A stretch of DNA of 23,784 nt from Candidatus Acetothermia bacterium (lineage in GTDB: Bacteria; Bipolaricaulota; Bipolaricaulia; M55B111): contig JBKGZT010000017.1 in the NCBI GenBank assembly GCA_046543235.1, positions 1-23,784 of the forward strand, written 5' to 3'. Positions within the stretch are counted from its first letter, which is position 1. Every line of letters starts with the position of its first letter. Shown piece by piece: positions 23,082 through 23,784 of this stretch. The notes beneath the pieces are model-generated. The model was not told the origin of the DNA, searched no databases, and worked only from the letters and a program-made list of their open reading frames with translations. The translations under genes were made by a program, and so were the position numbers.

Positions 23082-23573
23082 TTACGGTGCCTCGTCGGAG
23101 GGTATTAGGGTGAGAAGCTTCTGGCCGTACTCGACGGAGTCGCCGTCTTCGGGATGTACTTTCTTGACTTTCCCGCTCCTATCCGCTTTTACCTCGTTCA
23201 TTACCTTCATGGCTTCCACGACACAGACCGTATCTCCCTCATCAACCTGGTCCCCTTCTTCCACGTAAGCCGGTTCGTCCGGAGAGGGGCTCCTGTAGAA
23301 AGTCCCGACTATGGGAGATGTGATAAATTCCCCTTCCTCCTTTTCCCCTTCCTCGGTGGACGTCTCTCCTCGATCTTCCACCTCTTCCCGGTCCTCTGGT
23401 TCGTGTTTGACGACTTTACGAGAGGAGGTGTCAACGGCGGAAACGGGCTTTTCGTGGCGAGAATCCTTCTTCAGGGTAACTTCGTAGTCGTTTCCGCTGA
23501 CGCTTATTTCAGCCAGCTCGGACTTCTCGAACAGCTCTATAAGGTCCTTCATTTGGTCCAGATTAAGGTCCAT
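23082..23573 (-). CDS. accB: Biotin carboxyl carrier protein
   Basis: ITSPIVGTFYRSPSP and VEAMKVMNEV biotinylation motif. Probable start ATG 23573 (MDLNLDQMKDLI); the ORF track extends to 23624. Confidence 0.93.
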   Translation of the reverse strand: MDLNLDQMKDLIELFEKSELAEISVSGNDYEVTLKKDSRHEKPVSAVDTSSRKVVKHEPEDREEVEDRGETSTEEGEKEEGEFITSPIVGTFYRSPSPDEPAYVEEGDQVDEGDTVCVVEAMKVMNEVKADRSGKVKKVHPEDGDSVEYGQKLLTLIPSDEAP

Positions 23574-23784
23574 ATACACCATTCCCGATGGAAAAAGGAT
23601 ACATGTACTGTCTCCGTCTTTCAACGCGGGCAGGAATCCCGACAGTTCTGCCGTTGCAATAATAAATTCCCGAATCTATAATTGTCAATAACGGTATACG
23701 GTTCGAGGGACTTGCCCCTTAAACCCGGCAACTAGGAGACCGAGCTGGGTGAAAATAAGCGATCTTCGTAAATTTGCGGTTATT

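Overview
This is a bacterial window. The strongly acidic proteins suggest a salt-in halophile, possibly Bipolaricaulota/Acetothermia-like (inference only). It is dominated by a cyclic-di-GMP signalling island at 2803-14555 (+): a CheB/CheR-PAS fusion, a PAS-PAS-HD-GYP phosphodiesterase, a KaiC-like double ATPase, a degenerate receiver protein, a pseudo-REC-GGDEF, an orphan HD-GYP tail, a MASE3-PAS-GAF-GGDEF, a globin-like/CarH-type cobalamin-binding protein and a coupled PAS-like GGDEF. The most striking feature lies upstream: two c-di-GMP-I (GEMM-I) riboswitch aptamers that appear to be NESTED. One (548-634, with a non-canonical C at ligand position 20) is inserted into the P3 stem-loop of the other (489-662). 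They share an anti-Shine-Dalgarno switch that controls a secreted pilin/WxL-like protein. The window also holds a 173-bp MITE with a 5-bp TSD, whose internal structured core recurs at 15.8 kb inside a different stem. Other content: gene relics, a CFA-synthase-like methyltransferase, a SurA-N chaperone, a DPS-like thioferritin with a PerR-like box, an AT-rich three-gene surface-modification cassette, a nitroreductase, accC and accB. All calls were made by eye from motifs and base pairing; no database searches were run.
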